DNA of 64,000 nt from an uncultured Gammaproteobacteria bacterium. GTDB taxonomy: Bacteria; Pseudomonadota; Gammaproteobacteria; HK1. Position 1 is the first letter of the stretch. The number at the start of each line of letters is the position of its first letter. Both the position numbers and the translations under genes were made by a program. The notes below the pieces were generated by a model. It did not search any database, was not told the DNA's origin, and saw only the letters and a program-made list of their open reading frames with translations. The stretch lies in assembly GCA_958296085.1 (NCBI GenBank), contig OY282433.1, forward strand, positions 2,960,367-3,024,366. Direction: 5' to 3'. Shown here piece after piece: positions 19,540 to 28,935 of the stretch.

Positions 19540-21626
19540 ACAGTCTGCCCGTCGTACCGTTCAAGGGACTGAACGCGGATTCGCTCGGCGCCTATCTGGC
19601 AGCGCTTGGGTTGTTCTCACTTGTTGCCCGGAAGTGGCCGGGCGTCCGTGCATGTTGGCGGAACGCGGGTTTTTGCCTGGTTGGTGGTCCCATTGCATTG
19701 GATGAGATTGTAGAGTTCGTGAGCAAGATTGGCGAGAGGAACGCTTGGACCCGATACGACAAGCCCTGGGACGAGGACAAGAAGGCGGATGTAGACAAGA
19801 AAACGTCGACGCGGACCGCGCGTTGGCGTGCCTTGGGAGCGGAAGAGCGATCACTACCTGCCTTCGGGGCGCATCTGGCCCTCGACGGCCGGGTGAGGAT
19901 GAATCCCCTGCTCGGCACCGGGGGAAACGCCGGTCAACGAAAGTTCGATAGAGGTTGGCGCAAAGCTGTCACCTGCATTGAGACACCGCCTCGCGGCCAG
20001 AGCAGAGAGTCACTCAAAGCGGATATCGAGGCATTCCTTGATGGAAACTCATGTGCCTACCTCGGCGATTTCAGTGCAGGATCATGGTTCGGGACGGCGA
20101 ACAGGATTTACAACCACGGCACAAGGCGATCTTTTCGCGAAGGAGAAATTACGCCTTGGGCGATGGCACTGGCGTGTGAGGGCTTGCCCTATTTTTCAGG
20201 CGGCGTTTCCCGGCGATTGGGCAGTCGCCGTCAACCCAAGGGCGCCTTCCCGTTCATTACCGCGGCAATGGCGCCGCAGGGCGCGGACGAAGCAGGCAGT
20301 ATAGAAGCCGAGGTCTGGGCTCCGCTCTGGGATCAACCTGTGACAGGGCCTGAGCTCCGATCCTTGTTCCTGCGCGGGAGAGCGGAGCTCGGTGGAAGGG
20401 GGGCGACTTCCTCTGCGGAGTTTGCTGTTGGAGTAACGAACCGTGGTGTCGATGCTGGAATATCGGAATTCCGACGATTTCTGCTTCTGCATACGACCAG
20501 TGTACAGACATTCGAGTCCCGGTTGGCAACCGTCGTTCCGGTTCCGAAGACGAACCTGGACGGTGCAACCTCACGAGCGATTTGGACCATTGTCGAGTTT
20601 CACGATACGTTGCCGGAGGATCGGAAGGTCCGCAATCGATGGAGATTTGCCGGTTTGCGTGGCCCGCTCGAACAAGCGCTTGTTGACTTTGCCGCCGCGG
20701 AACCGGGTGCGGCAGGCACCGAGCAAGCTTGGGCACTGGTTGACGAAATGTTCGAAGCGCTTGTCAAGATTGATCGGAATCGGACGTTTCGCAGCCACAA
20801 TGTACGATTCCAATTGTTGCCAGGCGAGTGGGCAGCGAGGTTGTTTCATGAAGATCCACCCGACCGGGAAACCCGTTTGGCGCTGGCGTTGTCCTCACTT
20901 GCAGGGACGAGGTTCTGCCCGCCGTTCATTGCACACCGCATCGGCGTGCAGAAGGGGATGATCGGATCACGCTGGGATTTTCCCGAGTCTCCCCCGGCTC
21001 GCCGTGTCTGGAGCGATGCCGGGCTGACCGACAATCTATGTGCGACGGCGGAACGACGCACCATGGAAGCATTGCAGAAGGCGGCGGTGCGACCGCCGTT
21101 CGGCTCTACCATCCGAGTGTGCCTCGACGATCTGCATTCCTGGTTGTCCGGCGACGTGGACGAGGAGCGACTGAGCCTATGGCTGGATCGTCTCCGTATG
21201 TTCGACTGGAGCGGCGGAGCAAACCGCGAGGCCGAGGCCGCGAAGGAGTTGCAGCGTGGTTTCCCTCGCACTCGACCGCCCGTTGACGGCATGTTGGCGC
21301 TCTACGCATTGTTCCGCCCGCTTGCGAGTGATTGGCTGTTCCGCCAAGTTCTTCACGAGAGCGGCATTCGAGCCGAGAGAACATCGACATGCGCCTGGCT
21401 CGGCCGCGTCATCGCGATGCTGAGGCGCGGGGACGTGAATGCCGCGGCGGAGGTGGCGCTGGCGGCATACCGCTCTGCCGGCGTGGCACTTGCCGATTTC
21501 AATGTGTTCCCCGATGTGTCTGACCCGGACCGCCTGCTGGCAGCGCTGGTCATCCCGGCTCGTGATGAACAGACTCTTGCCGCTTTCCGGTGCTGGCGAA
21601 CGCCAACCGAACCTAATGAACAATGA
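19536..21626 (+). CDS. csx17: Csx17 / Cas8u(g)-like large subunit
   Basis: 696 aa; its GTG start overlaps the cas3 stop (GTGA). The N-terminus (GLNADSLGAYLAALGLFSLVA..WPGVRACW) resembles Csx17 as I recall it. Its position between cas3 and csb1 also fits. Confidence 0.65.
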   Translation: MNSLPVVPFKGLNADSLGAYLAALGLFSLVARKWPGVRACWRNAGFCLVGGPIALDEIVEFVSKIGERNAWTRYDKPWDEDKKADVDKKTSTRTARWRALGAEERSLPAFGAHLALDGRVRMNPLLGTGGNAGQRKFDRGWRKAVTCIETPPRGQSRESLKADIEAFLDGNSCAYLGDFSAGSWFGTANRIYNHGTRRSFREGEITPWAMALACEGLPYFSGGVSRRLGSRRQPKGAFPFITAAMAPQGADEAGSIEAEVWAPLWDQPVTGPELRSLFLRGRAELGGRGATSSAEFAVGVTNRGVDAGISEFRRFLLLHTTSVQTFESRLATVVPVPKTNLDGATSRAIWTIVEFHDTLPEDRKVRNRWRFAGLRGPLEQALVDFAAAEPGAAGTEQAWALVDEMFEALVKIDRNRTFRSHNVRFQLLPGEWAARLFHEDPPDRETRLALALSSLAGTRFCPPFIAHRIGVQKGMIGSRWDFPESPPARRVWSDAGLTDNLCATAERRTMEALQKAAVRPPFGSTIRVCLDDLHSWLSGDVDEERLSLWLDRLRMFDWSGGANREAEAAKELQRGFPRTRPPVDGMLALYALFRPLASDWLFRQVLHESGIRAERTSTCAWLGRVIAMLRRGDVNAAAEVALAAYRSAGVALADFNVFPDVSDPDRLLAALVIPARDEQTLAAFRCWRTPTEPNEQ

Positions 21627-21638
21627 GGGAGATACCCC

Positions 21639-22739
21639 ATGTCCGATCATCCGCTCGATCCATCCACTCTATTGAATGGCGAGGCTCCGCGTCTGACACT
21701 TCATGCGAATCTCAAGCCGGCCTCGGGTCTGGATCGATTTCAACCTGCGGGTTTCCCCGAGATCGGTCACGTCATTTACGATGCGCCTCGTCCCGACAAC
21801 AGTGTGCAGAAGGTCTGCATCGTGGACAGCGCGGCCAGCATGGCGAATCATCTTGAGACGGTGTGCCTGGCCAGCGAACACTCTCTGGATTTGGTGGATG
21901 AACTGACGGGAATGCCCTATGTCGAATGCCGGACGGACGATGGCTGGCCAGATGTTACTGAAGACACTACAGGGCCGAAGAGGCTCGTCGTCACGACGCT
22001 CTCGGAAGGGCATCGGTTGGCTTCGACCTACTTTCTCAACGGAAGGCTTGTAAAGAACAGTAAACCGAATGAACGCAGGTTTGGCGACCTACTCCGAGCC
22101 GAATTCGGAATTCCTGATCTCGGCAAGAAATCCCATCCACTTCCCGCTCAGTGGTGGACCGTCTTTACGACGATCTTCCGCTACGATCCCAATTCACTCG
22201 TTCACGGGGTGCTCTTCCCGGCCATGGGGATCAAGCTGCCGAGAATGCTGACAGCGCATCTCGAAGCGTTTGGCGTCTCCCGAGTCCGCAGCTCCGGCGT
22301 CAAGTTCGACAAGCTCGGAAAGACATCGTCGGGACAACCGATCTTCTCCGTTGACGAGGAAACTGCCAGCGAAATCGTTGCGACCTTCGTCATCGACTTG
22401 GCACTGCTTCGGTCGTTTGGTCGAGAGGATCGGGGCCTGAACGGTGCGCAGAAGGAATTCCTTCTGGCTCTCGCGCTGTGGAAAATCGAGAGTCTCCTGC
22501 GAGGGCCGTTCCGCTATAGAAGCAATTGCGACCTTGAACTGGACGAACTACGCGTTCATGGTCGCGAAGAGCCTGTCGATCTGCCGGACATCGACATCAA
22601 GTCGGTTGTCGGAAAAGCAGGATTCTGCGATTCGCCTGTGACACAGGTTTACTGGCCCGCGAATGATCTGTTCCGGGCCGGGGCGGATGAACAGGAGGAA
22701 GGCTCCGACTCCGACGACGAACAAGATGCCCAGGGGTGA
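21639..22739 (+). CDS. csb1: Csb1 / Cas7u(g)-like backbone subunit
   Basis: 366 aa. The blocks RFQPAGFPEIG and VDSAASMANHLE match my recollection of the Csb1 family. GAGGGA lies 8 nt upstream of the ATG. Confidence 0.75.
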   Translation: MSDHPLDPSTLLNGEAPRLTLHANLKPASGLDRFQPAGFPEIGHVIYDAPRPDNSVQKVCIVDSAASMANHLETVCLASEHSLDLVDELTGMPYVECRTDDGWPDVTEDTTGPKRLVVTTLSEGHRLASTYFLNGRLVKNSKPNERRFGDLLRAEFGIPDLGKKSHPLPAQWWTVFTTIFRYDPNSLVHGVLFPAMGIKLPRMLTAHLEAFGVSRVRSSGVKFDKLGKTSSGQPIFSVDEETASEIVATFVIDLALLRSFGREDRGLNGAQKEFLLALALWKIESLLRGPFRYRSNCDLELDELRVHGREEPVDLPDIDIKSVVGKAGFCDSPVTQVYWPANDLFRAGADEQEEGSDSDDEQDAQG

Positions 22740-22751
22740 CGAGTCGTTACG

Positions 22752-24308
22752 ATGGAAGTGGTTCTCAGACAGACATTCCCGCATGGGCGGTTCCATGCCA
22801 ATCCATGGCGCATGTTCCCGTTCGAGGATCCCCACGGGGAGTGGCCACCCAGCCCGTGGAGGCTGCTTCGCGCCATTCTGGCGAGATCCCACCAATTGGA
22901 AAGGGAACGTGGCGTCCAGTGCCATCCATGGCGTGACTCGCTGGTCGGAGCGTTTTGTACAAGTACATTCGGTTGGTGTCTACCGTCGCTCAGTTGGCGA
23001 GGTCCGGGGCTACGACAATACCAGCCAGCAACGTTCGAGTGGGATCCGCCTGGCCGAACGAAGAAGGTGAAAGGCCGGTCCGTGAACATCCCGGGCGAGA
23101 GGAAATATCGATCCACCTTGGTACGCGACAATTTCTGGGTAGTCGGCAAATCTGCAACCGACTCGTGCTCCAGCATCGTATGGTGGATCCTGGACGGTGA
23201 GCGGTGGTTCGAGCACGAGCTGGATCGGCTCGATGCCTGTTTGGATCGCATGACCTACTTCGGACGTGCCGAGGCGATCACCGAAATTCAGCGTGTCGAA
23301 AAGCTGCCGAAGGACACCCATGTGAACTGCGTATTGGAGCAAGACCCCTCGTCGGGTTCCGTTCCGGTGCTTGTCCCGACGGAAGACGCCACTCTGGAGC
23401 AGGTGCAGGCGATCACGGACGATCCGTCGGTCGCGAACTCGACCTTACCTCCCGGAGCTCGCTGGCTGCACGCCAAGCGGCCCACCAGAACGCGGGTGAA
23501 GCTGCCGCGTTCAAACCCACGAACGAGAAAATCGACACGCTTTATTCAGTTTGCGATCGGCGCACGAGTCAGCCCCCCGAGAAAATCCATCGTCGTCCTT
23601 ACCCAACGGTTTCGAGGGCGGGTGATTCGCGAATTCCTTGGAGGGAGCTGGCAACAGGCGAATACGGAACGGCGAGAAGCGGCACGTCTCCTCACCGGAA
23701 AAGAAGCCGATGGCACACCGCTGCAAGACCACCAGCATCCACATGCCCGATTCGGGATTCTCTTCGACCACGAGACCGGCAGAGCGGCAAGGCTTCTCGT
23801 ATGGCGCAACCAATCATTTACGGACGGTGAACAACGCGCCATCTTGAACGCAGCCGAGCAGGAACTCCCTTTCTCCTTCGTCAGGGTTGGAACAAGGGAT
23901 CCGTGGACCGTGCGGCTCGTGCCTCTGGATTCGCAAGTACCTTCTCCGGCCGGTTTCGGAGAACGGACCTATCGACGCTGGAAGACTGTTACGCCCTATG
24001 TCCCACCGCGTCATGCGTATGACCGGAAAGGCCGGATAAAGGCAGGAGAATCACCCGAAGAGCAACTCCGCTTCGATCTGGCTCGGCAGGGATACGATAC
24101 GAACGGTCTGACGATCGAACTGGATGATCGAGCTGTCGAGTGGACGCGAGTGCATAGACCACAACGGCATCGAGATGACGCGACGAATACGGAAAGGCGT
24201 GGATATCAGGGATCGCTTACGTTCGATATGCCCGTCCGCGGCCCAATATCACTCGGCCACTCGTCGCACTTTGGCCTTGGGCTATTTGTGGCGGATGCCT
24301 CCGAGTAG
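22752..24308 (+). CDS. csb2: Csb2 / Cas5-Cas6 fusion-like subunit
   Basis: 518 aa. The N-terminal GRFHANPW..EWPPSPWRLLRAILAR block is characteristic of Csb2, and it is the last gene of the operon. Confidence 0.75.
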   Translation: MEVVLRQTFPHGRFHANPWRMFPFEDPHGEWPPSPWRLLRAILARSHQLERERGVQCHPWRDSLVGAFCTSTFGWCLPSLSWRGPGLRQYQPATFEWDPPGRTKKVKGRSVNIPGERKYRSTLVRDNFWVVGKSATDSCSSIVWWILDGERWFEHELDRLDACLDRMTYFGRAEAITEIQRVEKLPKDTHVNCVLEQDPSSGSVPVLVPTEDATLEQVQAITDDPSVANSTLPPGARWLHAKRPTRTRVKLPRSNPRTRKSTRFIQFAIGARVSPPRKSIVVLTQRFRGRVIREFLGGSWQQANTERREAARLLTGKEADGTPLQDHQHPHARFGILFDHETGRAARLLVWRNQSFTDGEQRAILNAAEQELPFSFVRVGTRDPWTVRLVPLDSQVPSPAGFGERTYRRWKTVTPYVPPRHAYDRKGRIKAGESPEEQLRFDLARQGYDTNGLTIELDDRAVEWTRVHRPQRHRDDATNTERRGYQGSLTFDMPVRGPISLGHSSHFGLGLFVADASE

Positions 24309-24506
24309 ACGACACGGAAGTCTTGAACTCGATCCTTTGGGTCTGACGAATCCGCATGGCAGAACATCTCGACACGGCAGACGAGTTCATTTCCTGCACC
24401 GTTGTAGTCATTTCTCCGACAGGAGCGCGGGGTATTCCGCTGCTTCGATCTCGGCCGCCAGTCGGCGGTTCAGCGCGTGTGCGGTCCCTCCCGGAGGGAG
24501 GAGGGG

Positions 24507-25661
24507 TCAGAGGACGGCGCGGACGTCGCGCCGGTCGCGGTGCTCCTCGATGGCGAGCCGGATGAGCCGGTCGATGAGCTCGGAGTAGGGGATCCCGCTC
24601 GCCTCCCACAGCTTCGGATACATGCTGATCGGGGTGAACCCCGGCATGGTGTTCACCTCGTTCACATGGATCCGCCGTTCGTCGCCCCGCTCGACGAAGA
24701 AGTCCACGCGAGCGAGGCCGCGCGCCTCCACGGCCCGGAACGCGGCCACGGCGAGCTCCCGGACCCGCTCGGCCGTCTCCGGGGGGAGGGGAGCGGGGAT
24801 GACGAGCTCGGACGCTTCGTCCACGTACTTCGCGTCGTAGTCGTAGAACTCGCGGCTCGGCACGATCTCGCCTACGACCGACGCCCGCGGATCGTCGTTG
24901 CCGAGGACCGCGCACTCGATCTCGTGGCAGTCGATCGCCGCCGCCTCGATGAGCACCTTGGTGTCGTAGGCGGCGGCGTCCTCGACGAGGCCAGGAAACG
25001 AGCTGGCGTCGTCGATCCGGTGGACGCCGACGCTCGAACCGAGGTTCGCGGGCTTGACGAACATCGGGTAGCCGAGGCGCGCTTCCGCCTCGGCCCGGAC
25101 GCGGTCCGGCTCGCGTCGCCACTGCGAGCGGCGGACCACGGCGTAGTCCATCATCGGGAGCCCTTCCGCCCGGAACGCGCGCTTCATCATCGCCTTGTCC
25201 ATGGCCGCGGCGGAGCCGACGACTCCCGCCCCGACGTAGGGGAGCCCGGCCAGCTCGAGGAGCCCTTGCACGGTGCCGTCCTCGCCGAAGGGGCCGTGCA
25301 GCAGCGGGAAGACCACGTCGAGGCTCGCGGCGGCAAGCGCGGTGGAGCCGCCCGCGCCTCGGGCGAGGAGGCGGCCCCCGTCGGGGTATCCCACCAGGAC
25401 CGGGAGCGTATCGCCCGCGCCGCGGCCGCTCAGGATCGGAGGGGGATCCCCGCGCTCTCCGCCCGCCGGGTCCTCCGTGAGCCGAGCCGGGGCCTCCGGA
25501 GCGGGAAGGCGCCACTCGCCGTCCTTCGCGATGTGGATGAGGGTGAGGTCGTACTGCGTGCGGTCGATCGCCGCGAACACCGAGCGGGCGGAGGAGAGGG
25601 AGACCTCATGCTCACAGGAACGGCCGCCGAAGACGAGCCCGACCCGGATCTTGCGCGACAT
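24507..25661 (-). CDS. ddl: D-alanine--D-alanine ligase
   Basis: Contains RVGLVFGGRSCEHEVSL, an ATP-grasp body and EVNTMPGFT; 384 aa. Confidence 0.95.
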   Translation of the reverse strand: MSRKIRVGLVFGGRSCEHEVSLSSARSVFAAIDRTQYDLTLIHIAKDGEWRLPAPEAPARLTEDPAGGERGDPPPILSGRGAGDTLPVLVGYPDGGRLLARGAGGSTALAAASLDVVFPLLHGPFGEDGTVQGLLELAGLPYVGAGVVGSAAAMDKAMMKRAFRAEGLPMMDYAVVRRSQWRREPDRVRAEAEARLGYPMFVKPANLGSSVGVHRIDDASSFPGLVEDAAAYDTKVLIEAAAIDCHEIECAVLGNDDPRASVVGEIVPSREFYDYDAKYVDEASELVIPAPLPPETAERVRELAVAAFRAVEARGLARVDFFVERGDERRIHVNEVNTMPGFTPISMYPKLWEASGIPYSELIDRLIRLAIEEHRDRRDVRAVL

Positions 25662-25669
25662 TCGGCTAG

Positions 25670-26836
25670 GGAAGGTCTGATCTAACGGCCATTTGAAGGC
25701 CGGTGGCCGCCCAGAGCGGTTTTCGGCGGAATTTCACGCTCGGGAGCGGGGAATCGACCGATTCGGGGGCACCTGGCGCCCGTTTCGACGCCTTCCAAGC
25801 ACACGGGCGCCGCAGTCACGCCGCCAAGCTCCGCTCGGCGATCAGCAGATTGGCAAAGCCCAGCAGCAGCGCGATCCGCTGCCCGTTCTTGTGCAGGCCC
25901 CGGTAGCGCACCTTGCCGTACCCGAACACCCGCTTCACGTAGAAGAACGGGTGCTCCGCCTTGGCCCGGACTGACGCCTTGTTCTTCTCGCGCCGCGCCT
26001 CCTCGCCGTCCGCCGCCAACCGTCGTCGAAGACCCGGCCGCATCGCCACCCGCCACTCCACGTCCCGGCCACGGTTCTCCGGGCGCTTCTCCACGCCCTG
26101 ATAGCCCGCATCGCCCCACACCACCTTCTCCTCCCCATGCACCAGCCGGTGCGCGTGCGCCACGTCCGACTCGTTCGCCGGCGTCGCCGTGAAGCTGTGG
26201 GCCACCCCCGTCTGCGCGTCCGACCCAACGTGCATCTTCATCCCGAAGTACCACTGCTTCCCCTTCCTCGTCTGATGCATCTCCGGGTCCCGCTTCCCAG
26301 CCCGGTTCTTCGTCGAGGACGGCGCCTCCACGATGCTCGCATCCACCACCGTGCCCTCTCGAAGCGTCAGACCCCGCGACGCCAGACAATCGTTGATCGA
26401 CGCCATCAGCCGCTCCCCGAGCCCGTACTTCTCCAGCAGGTGTCGGAACTTCAGGATCGTCGTCTCGTCCGGCAGTGCGTCCAGTGTCAACCCCGCGAAA
26501 CGACGCACCGGCTCCACTTCGTAGAGCATGTCCTCCATCCCCGGATCGCTCAGGTTGTAGAACAACTGAACGCAATGCACCCGCAGCATCGCCGACAGCG
26601 GGTACGGACGACGACCGCGGCCCGACCCCTTCGGATAGTGCGGCTCGATCACGTCCTCCAACTCCTTCCACGGAATCAGACCGTCCATCCGCTCCAGGAA
26701 CTTCTCCCGCCGCGTCTTCTTCTTCTTCGCCCCGTACTCCAGCTCCGCGAACGTCGCCTGAATCCCCATCGCCCCCTCGCTCCCAATCCCCATTTCCTCT
26801 ATTGTCCCACCATCACGGGACTAAATCAGAGGTTCC
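25670..26836 (-). mobile_element. intact IS5-family insertion sequence (1167 bp) with 4-bp CTAG target duplication
   Basis: The ends are GGAAGGTCTGATCTAAC (25670-) and the reverse complement GGAACCTCTGATTTAGT (-26836), matching in about 12 of 17 positions. CTAG flanks both sides (25666-25669 and 26837-26840). The element has a single transposase ORF. Confidence 0.85.
25816..26769 (-). CDS. IS5-family DDE transposase
   Basis: The match to the E. coli IS5 transposase, as I remember it, is close. Shared blocks are FAELEY..KKKKTRREKFL, RRPYPLSAMLRVHCVQLFYNLSD, VDASIVEAPSSTKN, DPEMHQTRKGKQWYFGMKMHVG and ADAGYQG. I trimmed the start to ATG 26769. Confidence 0.9.
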   Translation of the reverse strand: MGIQATFAELEYGAKKKKTRREKFLERMDGLIPWKELEDVIEPHYPKGSGRGRRPYPLSAMLRVHCVQLFYNLSDPGMEDMLYEVEPVRRFAGLTLDALPDETTILKFRHLLEKYGLGERLMASINDCLASRGLTLREGTVVDASIVEAPSSTKNRAGKRDPEMHQTRKGKQWYFGMKMHVGSDAQTGVAHSFTATPANESDVAHAHRLVHGEEKVVWGDAGYQGVEKRPENRGRDVEWRVAMRPGLRRRLAADGEEARREKNKASVRAKAEHPFFYVKRVFGYGKVRYRGLHKNGQRIALLLGFANLLIAERSLAA

Positions 26837-26963
26837 CTAGTATAGGCCGTCCCGCGCCGGCTCGTTCGGCCGGGCCTCATGCAACCGTCCCGCGACCACC
26901 CCGAGGAGGCCGTTCCTTGGCAGTGTGCACATGCCGACGACCGCCGCCGGAGGCGGGTGAGCC

Positions 26964-28766
26964 ATGAGGGCGGGAGGCACGCGCGCGCGCCTCGCCCGCC
27001 TCCGCGACGCGATGCGCGAGCACGAGATCGCGGCCTACCTCGTGCCGTCGAGCGATCCGCACCAGAGCGAGTACGTGCCCGAACACTGGGCGCGCCGGCA
27101 GTGGATGAGCGGGTTCACGGGCTCGGCCGGCGAGCTCGTCGTGGGGCTGGAGGGGGGGGGGCTCTGGACCGACGGGCGCTATCACCTCCAGGCCCGGCAA
27201 CAGCTCCGGGGCAGCGGCCTCAAGCTGTTCCCGGTCGGGGACCGGGACGTGCCCACCCTCGAAGAGCATCTCGCGAAGACGCTCCCGCGCGGGGCCGCCG
27301 TCGGTGTGGACCCGGCGGTCGTCAGCATGAAGCGCACCCGCAGGATCGCCAGGAAATTCGCGCCCGCCGGGGTGACTTTGAAGCCCATCGACGAGAACCT
27401 CGTGGATGCGGTGCGCGGGCCGGTGCCGGGGCGGCGCGCCCGCGCGCCCGTCGCGCCCCTTCCCACCCGCTTCTCGGGCGAGTCGAGCGCGTCCCGGCTG
27501 CGGCGGGTGCGCCGCGCCATGCGCGGGCGCAAGGCGGATGCCCTCGTCGTCACCACCCTCGACGCGATCGCCTGGCTGTTCAACGTGCGGGGCTCCGACG
27601 TCGCCTACAACCCGGTGGTCATCGCGTACGCGGTGGTGACCCCGGACGAAGCGGTCCTGCACGTCGACCGGGGCAAGCTGGACGCGGCGGCGGAGGCCCA
27701 TCTTCGCCGCACCGTCCGGATCGAGCCCTACGCCGGCATCCGCCGCACCCTGCGCGGTCTCGGGCGCCGCAAGGCGGCGGTGTGGATCGACCCGGAGACG
27801 ACGAGCCTCATGTGCGCGCGCCACCTGGAGGGGGCGAAGCCGATCCTCGCGCCGTCGCCGATCCCCCGCATGAAGGCGCGCAAGAACGCGGTGGAGCTCG
27901 CCGGCATCCGCGCCGCCCACCGGCGCGACGGGGCGGTCATGGTGCGCTTCCTCCACTGGCTGGAGCGGTCCGTGCCGGCGGGCGGGGTCACCGAGATGAG
28001 CGCCGCCGCGAAGCTCGACGGCCTGCGCGCCGCGGGCGAGCGCTTCCGGGGGTTGAGCTTCCCGACGATCGCGGGGTACGCCGACCACGGGGCCATCATC
28101 CACTACTCGGTGGACGAGGCGAGCGACATTCCCCTCCGCCCGGAGGGGCTCTTCCTCGTGGACTCGGGGGGGCACTACCTCGACGGCACGACCGACGTTA
28201 CCCGCACCCTGCTCCTCGGCGGGCGGCCCACCGACGCGCAGCGCGACAGCTATACCCGGGTGCTCAAGGGGCACATCGCGATCGCCACCGCGCGCTTTCC
28301 CGCCGGCACGACCGGGGCGCGGCTCGATACCCTCGCCCGCGCCGCGCTCTGGCAGTCGGGCCGGGACTACCCGCACGGGACCGGGCACGGCGTGGGCGCC
28401 TTCCTCAACGTGCACGAGGGGCCGCAGTCGATCAGCCACCGCTCGACCGAGGTGCCGCTCGAGCCCGGCAACATCCAGTCGAACGAGCCCGGCTACTACG
28501 AGCCCGGCGCGTTCGGCATCCGCATCGAGAACCTGGTGGAGGTCGTCAAGGACGAGGCCATCGCGCCGCGCGACTTCCTGCGCTTCGACACCCTGACCCT
28601 GTGTCCGATCGAGAAGCGGCTCGTCGACCCCGAGCTGCTGTCCGCGGGCGAGCGCGGGTGGCTCGATGCGTATCACGCGCGGGTTCTGGACACCCTCGGC
28701 CCCGACCTCGACGGGGACGAACGGGCTTGGCTGGAGGGAGCGTGCGCGCCTCTCGAGGTCTCCTGA
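26964..28766 (+). CDS. pepP: Xaa-Pro aminopeptidase (M24B, aminopeptidase P family)
   Basis: 600 aa. It has a creatinase-like N-terminal region and the M24 metal-ligand blocks (DSGGHYLDGTTDVTRT, HGTGHGVG, SNEPGYY). Confidence 0.85.
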   Translation: MRAGGTRARLARLRDAMREHEIAAYLVPSSDPHQSEYVPEHWARRQWMSGFTGSAGELVVGLEGGGLWTDGRYHLQARQQLRGSGLKLFPVGDRDVPTLEEHLAKTLPRGAAVGVDPAVVSMKRTRRIARKFAPAGVTLKPIDENLVDAVRGPVPGRRARAPVAPLPTRFSGESSASRLRRVRRAMRGRKADALVVTTLDAIAWLFNVRGSDVAYNPVVIAYAVVTPDEAVLHVDRGKLDAAAEAHLRRTVRIEPYAGIRRTLRGLGRRKAAVWIDPETTSLMCARHLEGAKPILAPSPIPRMKARKNAVELAGIRAAHRRDGAVMVRFLHWLERSVPAGGVTEMSAAAKLDGLRAAGERFRGLSFPTIAGYADHGAIIHYSVDEASDIPLRPEGLFLVDSGGHYLDGTTDVTRTLLLGGRPTDAQRDSYTRVLKGHIAIATARFPAGTTGARLDTLARAALWQSGRDYPHGTGHGVGAFLNVHEGPQSISHRSTEVPLEPGNIQSNEPGYYEPGAFGIRIENLVEVVKDEAIAPRDFLRFDTLTLCPIEKRLVDPELLSAGERGWLDAYHARVLDTLGPDLDGDERAWLEGACAPLEVS

Positions 28767-28935
28767 GGGGGGGCGCCCGGGCGAGGCGGCGGCGGCGGGG
28801 CCGGTCGGAACGCGACGGGCGATTCCGCACCGTGGCCGGAAGCCGGCGCAGGGGGCGGCCCGGAAGGCAATGGCGGGCGACGCCCGGCGGCCGGCGCCTC
28901 TCCCCGCGCCCGCCGCCCGTCCCGGGTGAACCCGC

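Noticed and set aside
24309-24506. Leader or mini-array, or a small ORF (24356..24565), downstream of csb2.
   Set aside because: No repeat longer than about 8 nt (cgacacgg x2) is present. The small ORF mostly overlaps ddl antisense and has no motif. Only a weak palindrome, TCCCTCC-c-GGAGGGA (24485-24499), was seen.
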